From Tubiluchus corallicola (taxonomy: Eukaryota; Animalia; Priapulida), in the NCBI GenBank assembly GCA_030141605.1, contig JAQGDQ010000099.1:141194-205193 (forward strand): a stretch of DNA of 64,000 nt. The letters run 5' to 3'. Below the pieces are notes generated by a model, which was not told where the DNA came from, did not search any database, and worked only from the letters and a program-made list of their open reading frames with translations. Of this stretch, positions 39,411-52,492 are shown piece by piece. The position numbers were made by a program, and so were the translations under genes. Numbering within the stretch: the stretch's first letter is position 1; the number at the start of each line of letters is the position of its first letter.

Positions 39411-40813
39411 CAGGCTTTGCTTAGCTAACTAATCCCATAATGATGGTGATAGATTAACAGGTATTACCTTATTATTATAATTATAGTACTTGATAGCCAG
39501 CAGCACCTTGATGTATCACACTATGCTATCAGTACATCAAGCAGCCTTCTACATTGAGAATTAGAGAAATGAAACCTGGAATTATTTCATCCTTGTGAGA
39601 TCTAGTCTGTCAACGAAACCCATATTGTCACGCAGATCCCATCCCTGCTGTTTCCAAAGAACCACAGATCTATCGATCTCCATCCCTGACATCATTTTAA
39701 ATGCCAATATAAATGTTTCTCTGTACTGTATTGCCTCAAAGTTTACAAAAATCACGGAACTAGGCATGGGTAAGTGCTGATTGGGCAATATGTAACTGGC
39801 TAACTGCACCTGAATTTAACAATAGCAACAGCGCAGCAGCTACAATTAATTATTTGGACATCAGGTACAATATAGGCAAACAGCTAGGTAGGTCTAGCCA
39901 CAAATTAGTATAAAATGACAAATTACGGTAGTAGCTAGTAGCATTCAGACTGTTATTACTTTGGAAGCATTACCGTTTTAATTATTTCTTTCATTTTCAC
40001 TTATTTATCATGGGTTTGTGCTATAATTAAATTCCAATTTTGAAAGATAAACAATAATGATGGCAACAATGACAACAACAAAACAAAAACAACAGCTACA
40101 ACAACAATGCAAACAAGTACTACATCATTTAAATACAAGTTACAGCTACCTGTTTATTTTTTAAGTCGTAGGACTAGATTTCGTTGTCATGAATTATTCC
40201 CCCAATTGTAAGGTGTATCGGTTTAAATAAAACTGATGTTTTCGTAGTAATTCATTATTTTTATTGTTTATTTGATTATTATTGATGTCTTTCAAGTTTT
40301 GCTACCAAAAATTGAGTCAAAGTATGCAATACTGAAATGAGTCTGCATAGATGCTCATGCCATCTTTGCATCCTTCTTACATTTGGAGTTATGCTTACAT
40401 GTTAAAATGTGCATATTTCCAGAGATTCTAAATACATTCAAAACCTTATTTGTAATATGCATCAGGTGAGGAATAATTATTGTGCTATATTATAGTACGA
40501 TACGATTTTTTTCATGTCCAAAGGACCACTTTCCTGTATTTAAAGGTACCTTTGAATATGCCAGTAAATGAAAAAAATAGATTGTGTTATGCCTTTATTC
40601 GCAGCATTGTGCTGGGGTACTAGGTACCATGTGCTTTTGTTCCTGTCTTAAAAATATTTAATAACAATCAATAAATAGCAACCGAGTTAGTATTACTGTG
40701 TGCAAGCCATTATAGTAGTCACTGTTTAGGTTTTGGTGCTTGAGTACGTTATAAATGCAACTTGGGAATTTTTACATGACTTTAGAATCAGGTCTGTGAA
40801 CGATACCAAAGTT

Positions 40814-40824
40814 CACGTCGCGAG
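40814..40824 (+). promoter_or_regulatory. Candidate promoter motif CACGTCGCGAG facing MIGA
   Basis: Exact reverse complement of 39110-39120. Confidence 0.4.
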
Positions 40825-41195
40825 GAAGTTTCTGCTTTGTCAATGAAGTAATACACTAAAAATACGACGACGATAACGTTAGCAATTGTAACTGGCTTGC
40901 ACAAAATAATATGTCAGCACCCTATTATTTAGCTCTTCAGTAGTTTGAAGGACTATTTTTATTAATTTTAATATTTTATTTTGTTATTTTTTACTAGTGC
41001 TTTTTTAAACACGGGGAAAATAGACAGATAAAAGAAGAAGTATACACTTGTTCGTAGAAAGTGTATACAAGAATAATAAAATATATATTTAAATTATGAA
41101 CATTTTTTTAATTTGAGAAAAAACACAAAAATCCTAGTTTGCACAAAAACTATTATAAAAATTCTACTAGTAAGTTTATAATGCTATATTACACT

Positions 41196-41842
41196 GGGTA
41201 GATTCAGTTTAGGTGGTTCTTTTTTAAGGCATTCTCACATCGCCTAAATCAGAAATATCCCTGAAACTGCGAAAGCAGAGCTACAACTAACAACTACAAG
41301 TACAATAGAAAGATGCATCTTTTATCTGCACACTGCACAAACATTTCTTCTATTTATAAACAAAAATAATTTTAAAAAACTTGCTGTTACTGTTAGCGTC
41401 ACTAGACAGACTAAGATTGACCGATTTGATGAAATAATTAATATTTTAATTATTTAATATTTTTTATATTAATATTAATTGTTAATATCGATTTTTTTAT
41501 TATTAATATTTTCATGTGGGAGTTAGCAGAGAGCGATATTTTTATCTACTACTGTGCGCCACAGCGTAGGAAATCTCTTGTTGTGGTTTACACAATAAAA
41601 TAATTAATATTGGAACACACGATAATGAGGCGCTCTTGGCAGTCTTGGCGGCTTGACACTATTGGCGGCTTGGCGTTTTTGGTGGCTTGGCACTCTTGGC
41701 GTCTTGGCAGAGTGGCGTTCTTGGTGATGGAGCGGGAGAGGGAGGGGAGGTTTGGAGTGGGAATGAGGTAGAGCGTTGGCAGTGGCACTGATATAGGAAG
41801 GTAGTGGGGTGTGAGGAGAACCACCTAAACTGCAAGTGCGGC
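41196..41842. mobile_element. MULE-like non-autonomous DNA transposon carrying a TTGGC array
   Basis: Perfect 16-bp inverted repeat CAGTTTAGGTGGTTCT (41205-41220) / AGAACCACCTAAACTG (41817-41832); direct repeat ATTACACT at 41188-41195 and 41843-41850. Confidence 0.7.
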
Positions 41843-42712
41843 ATTACACTAATTGTTGAATTTTCATATTGTATCCCGTTTTTTGCTCAGTCCATATGAA
41901 AGTTTCGTTGTTTGTTCATTTAAAAACGATAAATTATTTTGTTTACTTGTAGGTTAGCTATTACTGTAGATTATTATTGTGATCTTCGTCACTGGAATTA
42001 CGAAATCAGTGAAGTGTGACCTTGAAGGCATATCAGTGCAGACAAAAGAAAGCAGAGGACTCTCCAAATACCAACAAAAAAGTTCCCAAGAAAGCACTCA
42101 TTATTTTCACTGGTACAGTTAGTTTTGTAGTCATGATCTATTACCAGAAAGGTCACCAATTATTTGGCAATTTCATAGCAGATAGCCATTGAGTACAGAA
42201 ATGGGGCTTTTGGAAATTTTTTTCCTTATTTGGTAAAATTTAACAGTATTGTGAGCAAGCACACAATTGGTTAACTATGTCAGAGGTCAAATACTCTAAT
42301 CAGTAACTTGTACTCAACTAGGTTTTTCTTAGAACTTGGACTCAAGCAATGAGTCTCTTACCTACCAAGGAGTCATATAACAACATTCTTACCAGAGACT
42401 ACCGAAAATGCCTTGTGCATAGTGGATTACAGTTTAGGATTAGGTTTAGTATAATAATTTTGATGGAATAAACGGTTTGAAATAAGCCTGTGCTTGTAAT
42501 GATAATTAACTGTGTATTGCATTTCTGCACTGAAAATAAAATAAGCCTTGAAATCATGAATTCTTATTAGACACTGTATAATGTACAGTAACACTTCTAT
42601 TTGATATCTATATCTGCCTGCATTAGTGCAGCAGATTTGGACTTGGACACCAAGGTCACTAGACTTTTTCGCTATCTGATCTTTGTGATAGGTTTAATCA
42701 TCTAGGAACATC

Positions 42713-43211
42713 CAGGGATGAGAATTTTCCGTGGATACGCGGAATTCCGAGTTTTTGGAAGACCAGTAGTGCCATTTTTGTAAATCGCAAAAATTCGTTG
42801 AGAAAATTTTTACGGACCAGTACATTATTTCACAAGCTGACCGCTAGTTGGCAGGCCGTGACTTTGTTTACATCATGTACATCAGTGTAACCACGTCTAT
42901 ATCTCTATGTACAAAAATATAGAATCAATTGTGCGGAGTTATTTGAGTCAATTGTAGACAGTTTTTATATACTTTTGCATAGGAGCGGCCAGTACTTAGG
43001 CGTTTTTGAGACAATTAGGTATCATGTATCCTTGATAGTTGGGTATTTTAAATTATGCATGAAACAAGGCAACTGTAAGTCCACTTAGAGGCTCTCTATG
43101 TACACAAAATTGCAATTTGTTGCTTTGCCCCTTTGAACCATGGGGGCTTATGTGGTCCCCAAACCCCCGGCCTGTTTCAGACTTTTTTGCAATTTGTCAT
43201 TCTCATCCCTG
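42713..43211. mobile_element. hAT MITE
   Basis: TIR CAGGGATGAGAAT / ATTCTCATCCCTG; perfect TSD GGAACATC. Confidence 0.9.
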
Positions 43212-43394
43212 GGAACATCAGTGTTTTAAATATAAATGTGTGTTAAGAATTTTTTTTTATTGATAGAAAGATGCTTAAATTCTTTTTAAATATATTATTG
43301 TTGAAGCACTAATTTACATCCAGGGAGGGCATCGTGCAAGATGACTTCTGCTTTACGAAACTATGCATGGCTTAGAAAATTTTAAATCATGAAC

Positions 43395-44929
43395 CAGTGG
43401 CGTAGCCAGTACTTGTGGTGCCTGGGGGCAAAAAACGTCTGGCGCTTGCAATGTGTTGTGTACCTAAGGACTAATTTGTGTAGTTGTTCACTGAATCTTT
43501 GTATAAAAATGGAGAGATGTGTCAGGGTGCAGATATTGTTATTATGTTTACTTGGCCAAAATGCAAAATATATCAAACAATAAATTGATTAATTATTCAA
43601 CAAATGTGGACAGTATTATTATAAAATAAGTACGACAAACTAGTAATTAAATAATTGCAATCGTAGTATCATTAAACACAAAAATAAATGCTATTATCAA
43701 TAGGAAACTTAAAAAAATCACTTCTACTGGAAATCATTACGTTCACTAGGTTAAACGAATCATTTAATTACGACATCATTATAGTCATGTCATGGATATT
43801 AGAATAGAAAGAAATGTTAGTGGGGCATATCTAAATTTGTGTACACAGAGGCGGCACCATTATCATAGTGCCATCTCTAAGAATAGTATCTGTGTTTCTG
43901 CGAGCACTGTGCATAACGTATTTTTCGCTTTCGACGTCATGTTACGTATTTAGTTTTAAATCGGCTTATATCTTTGCACTGATGTCAACTCACCTCCGAA
44001 CTTCCAGTCCTGCAGCTACTAACAATCGTTTGTCTCCCAAACTGTACCACAACAATGGAATATGGATTTGCAATGTCCAAAACACCATTAAATCAAACTT
44101 ATCAAACGCCGTGTCCAACTACTTTAACTTCCCTAGTTCTTCTACTAGTTTTCACTCCTCCAAAAACTCCTGACGGGATCCTGTATCATTATAAAGTTAT
44201 GAAGGAGTGGGTGGACCATTTCTTAGTAAATTGGAATGTCAAAAAGCAACAGAAATATCAAGCGTTTGTCTAAATCAAAACATTAATACCTCGACTTGCA
44301 ACAAAATCTATGTAACTATGGAGTGAGAAAGCAACTCTTACAGCGCTCTATCCTTCTAATATTTTTATCATTTGTTTTGTGGGTGAAGCCACAATTTTTG
44401 CAGGTTCTTTGCATCCCTGAGCCCGACTTTCCTTTTTCGACATAATGGGATCAAAATAAACAAATTTTTTCCTAAGAATCACCCTAAATTTGATTTGCAG
44501 TACTGCACCAGAATAATTGTTTTCTATGCATTGGTCTAGGAAAGTCCCTGACACAGTCGTTAAACATTCAGCTCCAGCATTAAAATATGCAAATATTATG
44601 AAAGATACAGAACACTAAAGGTTTTAACAGTAATACAATCTGTATTTTAAAGAATAATTACAACGTTTCTCCAAAAATTGTCGATCTGCTAAGCCACGCA
44701 TAACCCTTAACATGCCATTAAGTAGCAATGTTAGCCTTTTTTTAGGTTGTACGTAGTAATTAAGTTAACACGTTGATCTCTGACTAGGCAATTTTCCTGT
44801 AGTTTGAAAATTTTTGTTAACTGCTTATGTTGGATTAGTAATTAAGAAGTAACAGTCATTAAAATCTAGAAGAATGTTGTGCCCGGGGACAATTGCCCCC
44901 TGTCGCCTTCACCCCTTTCTACACCTCTG
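43395..44929 (-). mobile_element. Internally deleted, decayed hAT transposon
   Basis: TIR CAGTGGCGTAG / CTACACCTCTG; TSD TCATGAAC / TCTTGAGC (6 of 8). Minus-strand remnants resemble a hAT N-terminus (MSKKESRAQ) and dimerisation tail (LSIL..DYNDVV). Confidence 0.65.
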
Positions 44930-45002
44930 TCTTGAGCTCATGTAGACGACTGTAGTCTTGTAACTCATGAGCACATATAATTTATTATTTTTTTTCCAGG
45001 AT

Positions 45003-45225
45003 ATGTCATCATCAAAACTATCTATTACCGTTCCCGGTCTGCCAGAAATTCCGTTTCCCACCAGTCGTCGTGCAAAAATCGTTGTCATCAGTGTCGGAAT
45101 GGGTATTGTCATTCTCGGCGTAGCCGCACGGTGCCTGCAACGAAGACGTAAGCGCACATGGCATGACATACGTGCTCGACAAGCTGCTAGAAAGAAATGT
45201 TTGGCAAATTTAAAAAGTCCAATGG
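45003..45225 (+). CDS. MIGA: MIGA coding exon 1 (TM anchor)
   Basis: TTCCAG acceptor ending 44999, ATG at 45003; KIVVISVGMGIVILGVAARCLQRRRKR; G|GTACGT. Confidence 0.85.
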
Positions 45226-45535
45226 GTACGTGTTAAAAATGCTCACATTTTTTACATAATTATATCTGTTTAAAACAAACTTTTTATTTAAGAAAATTTG
45301 CTTTGTTTTTACTGAAAGCAGATTATTTGTTGGCAAAGGTCTACATCAATTTCATATTTTAAAAAAGAGTAGCAAAACTATTTACTGAGTCAGTAACTAA
45401 GTTAATTCAAAATGTATGCTTGAATTGCAAACTTTTTACATTTTCGTGCATAAAACCAACGATCTTTTTTTTGTTTAACAGGACTGCTAGCTAACGCCGA
45501 TCTTTTACTTTGTGAAATTGTTGTTTTCTTTATAG

Positions 45536-45664
45536 AAGCTCGATATTGTAGACGGAGCAACAGTCCAGCAAACCAACAGTGCCGTGCAAATTCGATTTGC
45601 AGCGTAGGAGGTTATTCAACTTCATCCACGCACGAGAGTGTACAGCTTCATTTTTGTCGACAAG
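45536..45664 (+). CDS. MIGA: MIGA coding exon 2
   Basis: ARYCRRSNSPANQQCRANSICSVGGYSTSSTHESVQLHFCRQ; TTATAG / GTAAAT. Confidence 0.8.
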
Positions 45665-46574
45665 GTAAATGAACAAATTAACTTGACTAACAAAGTATTT
45701 ACTTAATACTAGTGAAGCTTCTAATTCAAGCAAATGCTGTTGTATTTATCTTTTGAAGGTACAACATTAATGCAGGTAAATGAAAATCAGAGCTCCAATA
45801 ACTGATTTTCATACACTCGACGGTAATTGTAGTCACTGCACGTGCAGTCCGTTCTGGAATTGTACATTAGTTGGTGATGAGCAGATTTACTATGATTAAG
45901 CTTTAGAAATCAAGAAGACTTAAAAGACACTATATCACATTAAACAATACAAAGAGTTTAGATAAAGACAGTAATATCAGAGACACAGTTGGAGACACTT
46001 AAGTCTTTATATACTATAATTAAGTTAAAACCCCAGTGTTTGCAGGGTTTCTGCTGCGCTAATTGGAATTATTACAAGAGTGATTAACTTTTTAGCTCTG
46101 CTTAACCTAATTTTTAGAATTGTTGCTACATCATAATTCTTAATATAAAGTGCTGTCATTTGAGGCTAGTAAATCTTAGAACTGTGATGCTTTATGCAGA
46201 GTTCTCGTTTTGAAGCCATTATTTTTTCTTTACCATAGTCCTAAGCCAGGGCTAAATTTCTTCGCTGTTCTGGTGACTATTCCGAAAATTTCTAAATCTA
46301 ACAGTTGCTATATGTGTTCCAAAAGTTCGCCAAATAGTCACAAAGCATACATGGTTCACCATGTCACCAAAACATCACTGGCTTTTATCCGGTGAATGTG
46401 AGAAATTTTAAATTCGCAAAAAATGGCAAAAACCATGTAAAATTGTTTAGAATTTGTGATAAAGTTGCGTGAATTTTTTTAGCAGCTGTTGAACTTGATC
46501 GTCATAAAAGAGTTGCGTCCCAATGAAACCCTGACTTTATGCTTCAGCTTAATTATTGGTTGCCTATTGCTTAG

Positions 46575-46669
46575 GTTTGGAAGCACTTGGGACGGCCATT
46601 CAGAACTGGGAAGATGCATTGTCTGCTGGCATGCCCCCGAATTTAGAGACAGGTGTCTTAGCTTTACCT
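46575..46669 (+). CDS. MIGA: MIGA coding exon 3
   Basis: LEALGTAIQNWEDALSAGMPPNLETGVLALP; GTGAGT donor. Confidence 0.88.
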
Positions 46670-47479
46670 GTGAGTCTTCTTAACTTTAAATTAATAACTC
46701 GCAAAAGCATAAATGCAACTGTCATATGTGACTTTTCTATGAGAAAGAAATCGTTTAATCGTTAAAAAATTTAATTTTTTATTGTTTAATTACTAACTGT
46801 TATTAATTTATCATATTAAAATTAAATACATTGTATGACTAACGCCTTAGATTAAGATTAGCGAACCAATGTTAAGAATTGCTGGTTGTGGTTAGTACCT
46901 GTATAGTTGACTACAGGAAAAAATCTAGACTATTGGTTGGCTAAACTGTGAACTACTGATCTAGACGCAAAATACCCGGGCTTACTTTTTGACTTTCTAA
47001 GCTCATCTAGAAAGTTTGATCTACAATTACAAACAAACTTTTAGAAAGCTTACGAATTAATGAAGAAAGACACTGTCATACAGACGAAATTTGCCCAGTA
47101 TATAACAAAATGGTCATAATTGTTTCTACAGACTCTAAATGGAGTTTAAATTGACTCTAATTAATTACACATAACTAACGAACAAATTAATTATGTGCTT
47201 ACATTTGCCATTGCCATAGATTTTCCACATGAGAATTATGCAACATAAAATAACGAGTGTCTTCTACAATAAGTTAACCTGTGTTTTGAGGCCAGACTGA
47301 CTTAACTTTAGTTAACAGGTGAGCTGGCTTTACAGGTCAAAAACAGTAAATGAGTCCTGAGTAACATGAAACTGTTGAATCACTTTTTACGTGCTCTCAC
47401 ATCTCATTGCTGCTGGCCAATGTGTTGAAAGTTTAAATGTTAAGGTGGATTGTCTTAAGTTAAACGATTTTTTGCTTAG

Positions 47480-47619
47480 AGTGCAGCTGAAAGCAAGTTC
47501 ACTCATCACCTGGAGCAATTAATCGAAAAAGCAATAGACATACAGGACGAATACGAACAGTTGTTCATGGGGAAAGCTACGGAGGCTGAAGATGATTTGT
47601 CTGTGATTCTAGAACAAAA
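47480..47619 (+). CDS. MIGA: MIGA coding exon 4
   Basis: SAAESKFTHHLEQLIEKAIDIQDEYEQLF...; GTAGGT donor. Confidence 0.87.
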
Positions 47620-48299
47620 GTAGGTTATTCGGTTTTAATGAGTTTTTTCAGTTACTTTGCACTGTTACACACAGAGATGAACTATAAATTGGGCCAGCAA
47701 CTCAATAGTATGTAACTAGCAAGTGCTGTATCTTAGATTAACAGTGGACAATTGCATTTCATAAATGTTACAGTGTGCAGCAAGAGTTGGTTAAAACATG
47801 TTTTCCAAAAATTGCTTTTTACAAACTCTTTTATAAATGTAAATTTTACAAACTTTACAAATGCAAATGTATAAGATGTTTTTCTTTAAAAATCGTTGGT
47901 TTACTGTACACAGCAGAGCAGAAAATTAGCTGCTTGTAGAAAAAACAAAGTTTTCAGATAAATATCTCAGTACTTTGCTGTTGTATTAAATACTCACCAT
48001 CATTGTCATCATATGCCCATTATGTCTGTCGGGAAGCAGAATTCTAAAATGACAGAGATCTGTTCTCAAGACAGACAAACACAGCAGTAATCCAACAAAA
48101 AACTACACATTGTTATGTCAGTGGCTTGTCAGCACCACTTCCGACTATCAGATATTGTTGTATTACCAACATGGGAAATCATTTTTCCCAGAGTAGAAAA
48201 TAACCGAAAAACACAGATGGACAACTCAACAGTTTGCTCTTATTTATTGGGTGCTGTTGTGGTAAATTCTGACTAGTAATAAGGGAAATCTTTTTCCAG

Positions 48300-48381
48300 A
48301 GACGTACCAGAAGGTGTTAGGGAGGTCATAGGAGAGTCTGAATCATCGTCTGAAGCTGAAGATTTCCTCTCGGCCACAGAG
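48300..48381 (+). CDS. MIGA: MIGA coding exon 5 (FFAT motif)
   Basis: DVPEGVREVIGESESSSEAEDFLSATE. Confidence 0.88.
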
Positions 48382-48506
48382 GTACAAGTTTATTTTTATT
48401 ATGTATGTGTAGTGGCAAACATTTGTGACTATGTGCTGTGTTTACTATGAATTAGTACTTTTACATTTATAAATTCTTGCCTAAACTGGCAATTATTTTT
48501 CTTTAG

Positions 48507-48616
48507 GAATTATCAGACTTGAATGATTTGTTAGCGGACTTACGAGATGCCTCACCACTTTACCAAATGGGTTTAAAGGAGGTGAAAATGGGGGGAGTTC
48601 CCTACAGAACATTACG
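48507..48616 (+). CDS. MIGA: MIGA coding exon 6
   Basis: ELSDLNDLLADLRDASPLYQMGLKEVKMGGVPYRTL. Confidence 0.9.
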
Positions 48617-49850
48617 GTAAAGTAATTCCCTTTTGTAATCCTTGAACATACTAACATTATGACACCGTGGGTCCTTAAACATACTACCTTTATGACATTA
48701 TGGGTCTAGTATAATGGGTATCACATGCAATTATGCACTTAATAGATATTGTGCAATAGTTATTCAATATGTGCATTTAAATATTACAGTATAACACCAT
48801 TATAGCAAATATGGTTTGTTGTGTACACACTGGTAATGCAAACTCACAAAAAAGAACGAACTTTCTTCTTTCATTGAACTAGTATAATAGCTTTGAATAC
48901 AGCAAACTCAGTTATTGTGTATTGTAGACTATTTGTCTTGCCCAGTTGGCTGCATTACTATGTATTTATAAGTTTTTATTGCATACTTTACCTTTGCCAG
49001 CTTTTTGCAAATTAATTTACAGTTAAATTTAACACGTCATTCTTGGTGCTGCAAAAATGTTGTTGGTCATGCAGCATGTGGAATTGCGAACAAGTCTTGT
49101 TGAAAGGTCATTTTGTTTACTAGCTGTATAAAACCAATGAGTCTCAGCACCCAGCTGTTTTATGTACTCACGCTGGCGGCGCACTCCTGAGGCGTTTCAT
49201 CAAGTGATGAATCTTGCTGCACAAACTATTTATACAAGAGACAAACAGAAATTTTGTGCAAACAAAATTGACTGACTTTTTTGAATCTCATCGACTTTCT
49301 GAATATGTCACGTAAATTTACAACGTGCAAATTAATATAAAACATTCAATAATTTTTAGTTTATTTAAGTCACATAAAATGATTTTCATTGCATTTGAAT
49401 TTACTGCAAATTTTTTGATACTTGACAGGATCTTCTAGAATTACTTTACATCTTCTATGGAGCTACACATTGTACTTTATTTATATACTTTTATTGTTAA
49501 CACATGCTTGACCGTCTCTCTACGAGTCATATACATATGATTAGTCATATATGCTTATAGAGTACCTGGGTTATAGAATACTTCTTTCTATGTCCTTAGC
49601 AGGTTTGCTATATTGATGTTGTACTGTAGTTGCCATATAGCTTTTAATCAATTTATGCATTTAACGCCTTTTTAGTTTCTAATATTTCGATAACTATAGA
49701 ACTGTCTTCATTTTGTCTTTCATTATCAAAGATGAAGCCTGTAAAGTTTCAAGCCAAGTGTGACGTCTGCTTCTGTAGGTTTTTCAATTCTATTTGGCTA
49801 TTAAATTTAAACAGACGATCCTTTAAATTATTTTGTTATTCTCGTTTCAG

Positions 49851-49923
49851 AACTACGATGCTGAAATGTTCCTCCCACGCAGATTTCTTGTCAAAGCTTT
49901 ACGGTGTTCGTCTAGCATTTCAA
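49851..49923 (+). CDS. MIGA: MIGA coding exon 7
   Basis: TTMLKCSSHADFLSKLYGVRLAFQ; TTTCAG / GTAAGT. Confidence 0.9.
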
Positions 49924-50216
49924 GTAAGTTTCATGCTCGGAAAAGGCTAATCTACACAAAAAATACCAGAATCATTAAACAGATGTATGAATAATTAATA
50001 TCCATGATTTTGTGTCACTTAACCACAGATTCTTGAAATCCTAACTTCAAACATTGTTTTCCAAATGTCAACACACTTGGGCTTCTGTTATGTTTGAAAT
50101 TTTTATCTTTTATTAGAAATTCAGTAAAATAGATAAAACATCAGTTTTTTGTTAATTTGCTGCAGGGATTTCCAAATATGAGATTTGACAATACTTAGTT
50201 AATCCTGTATTACTAG

Positions 50217-50651
50217 CAGGGTCGGAACTAGATGTGGCAAGCAGGGGGGGGCGCAAAAATTTTCTGGGGGGTGAGGTATCCGAAGTGGTTAAATAATGGT
50301 TAAGCCAATTTTAACCCCTTTTATACTGCATGCAGGCCTATAATTAGCGTGTGTAGGACGGCGTAGTGGACAAAGCAATAATGAGAAAATTAACTCTCAG
50401 TTAACCTAACGTTATTAATGTGCCTCTAACTAAATTGTTATTTACAGAAATTTATCACATACAAGTTTTAAGAAAATAATACACTGAAGCTACCAAACAT
50501 TTTTTTACCTAATTCTAATTCATATTGAAAATGATTACATGCGAACTGCAATTTTCACTGCAAAAAAATTATTTGTCCAATTTTGCAGGGGGGGCGCAAA
50601 TTTTGACAAGGGGGGCGTGCCCCCCTCGCTCCCCCCCTAGTTCCACCCCTG
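50217..50651. mobile_element. hAT MITE
   Basis: TIR CAGGGTCGGAACTAG / CTAGTTCCACCCCTG; perfect TSD ATTACTAG. Confidence 0.9.
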
Positions 50652-50988
50652 ATTACTAGTCTAGTAAGATAACTGTTACACTTGAGGTGTAGTCTTTTTG
50701 GATTTGTAGTCATTACATTCTGTGACAATTCAAATTTTGCCTGTAATCTACTGATTCATATTTGCGTGCAAATTCCTAAGTCCACTTGTTTTTACTGTTT
50801 CTAAATTTGTGGGAAACCATTTATGCTTGCGCACAGAATTTTACTTTTTACGCCGTATGATTGATATATGTACTTTTTCATAAGCTTTTTGCAAATACGG
50901 ACATGAAAAAACATTGACAATTTAGAGCTCAAATTGTTATTCTTTATTTTACATTCATTTTGTTTTATTTACATTGTCTTTTCTTTAG

Positions 50989-51075
50989 CAAATAGTGATG
51001 GACGAAACTCTACGAACGTGGTTCATAGATACGGGAAGGGAACTACTTTCAAATTTGCTTATTGAAGCTGAAAAG
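50989..51075 (+). CDS. MIGA: MIGA coding exon 8
   Basis: QIVMDETLRTWFIDTGRELLSNLLIEAEK. Confidence 0.9.
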
Positions 51076-52108
51076 GTGAAACAGAATTTTAGTTTGTTAA
51101 TATGACATACCACATGTACAATAAAAATGTGTTTTACACCTGTGCTTGCGATGTCGGGCAAAGATCTTTTTCCCAGATTTTCTTTAAATGTGGTGTGCAA
51201 ATCTCAGAGCTCATGAATTTCCTCATCTGTAGACTTCAACCAATCGCTAACTTAAGAAATTGGAATTTTTCAATGGTGTGGTGGTTTGCATAGCTAACTA
51301 GAATGCAAGAGACCAACCCCTTATGGGTTCCCATGGTGGCAAAATAAAAATTTTTTCTGCATTATTTCATTTCTAAGCAGTTAAAATTTTAAATGAACAA
51401 ATTTAAACAAAATAGCATTTTATTTTAAATAGCAGCTTATTTATAAAACCAATATTGCATTGCTCACCTGTGATTTTCATATTAATGAGTGTACCTTCTT
51501 ATTTTAACCTTCTGACATATTACCTTAAGAGAAATTGACTTACGATCCTGGGCTACGAAAATTGCTAAACCAATCATGGTGCATAATCATTAGAATTTGA
51601 CTAATAAACAGATGGGTGAGCACTAGGAAAACTGTTTTCATTTATCATACTGCTTCCAGCTATTTTTTATGGTTCACGGGTATTTAAGTATTGGAACTGT
51701 GCCAAGATACGCTTGCTGATTCAGTGTTTCATCGTAGAGGTTTGTCTTTGATAATGATACAGATTCCAGTCCCCCCACAAGTATTAATACTATACAGGCC
51801 CTGTTGATGGGTGCCATTTTTTGGCTTTGCTATTGCTGGTAAACTGTATAAAGTGAGGTTTAGATTATAGTAACACAAAAACAGAGTTGCTAATTTGATT
51901 TTCCCATTGATCACTTGATACTAACTTAAACAAATATTTAAATAGAGTAGGCAGTCATTATTTCATTTACAGAGTAATTTAATTAAATTTATTTTTTATT
52001 TGCTATTACTGTACCAATGGGAATGAGTTTACAATTCCCCACACAATTTTAAATAAAATTTAATTCTTAATACTTTAATTTTTAAATTTTTAATTCTTGT
52101 TATTTTAG

Positions 52109-52207
52109 GAGCCAAAAGATTTTATGGATGCTTTCAACAACATGATAAATTACTTAAAAACAATGGAAGATTGGAGCGACATTGAAGAAGAGCTAGCAGG
52201 AAGAGAC
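52109..52207 (+). CDS. MIGA: MIGA coding exon 9
   Basis: EPKDFMDAFNNMINYLKTMEDWSDIEEELAGRD. Confidence 0.9.
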
Positions 52208-52492
52208 GTAAGGCAAAAAACAAAATCAATATCGGACTTTTGATTTGATTGATTTTGTTTTTATTTGTGAGGCTGACAGCAACTGTGGTAGTGGTGGTGG
52301 GTTAATGATGGTGGCAGTAGTGCTGTGGTAATAGGTATAGTAAATATGGAGGTGTCAGATCCATGTGCTGAAAACATTGTAAATTTTTACTAGAGTTCAA
52401 ATGCTGATTATTCATGTAAAATGCGGAATAACTTTTCCTGCTCATAAAAGCACATTGTAGCTGTAGTGAAATATACTGTATTGTAATAGGCT

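Noticed and set aside
44985-45005. Acceptors just upstream of the start codons of MIGA and IVNS1ABP (30113) read as SL trans-splice sites
   Set aside because: Plausible upstream cis donors and UTR exons exist (38938, 39187, 40847, 42112), so trans-splicing is not needed to explain them.
49204-49275. C/D snoRNA candidate (GTGATGA...CTGA) in a MIGA intron; similar boxes near 9646 and 12181
   Set aside because: Terminal stem is weak and I could not recognise an rRNA or snRNA guide; snoscan or Infernal would be needed.
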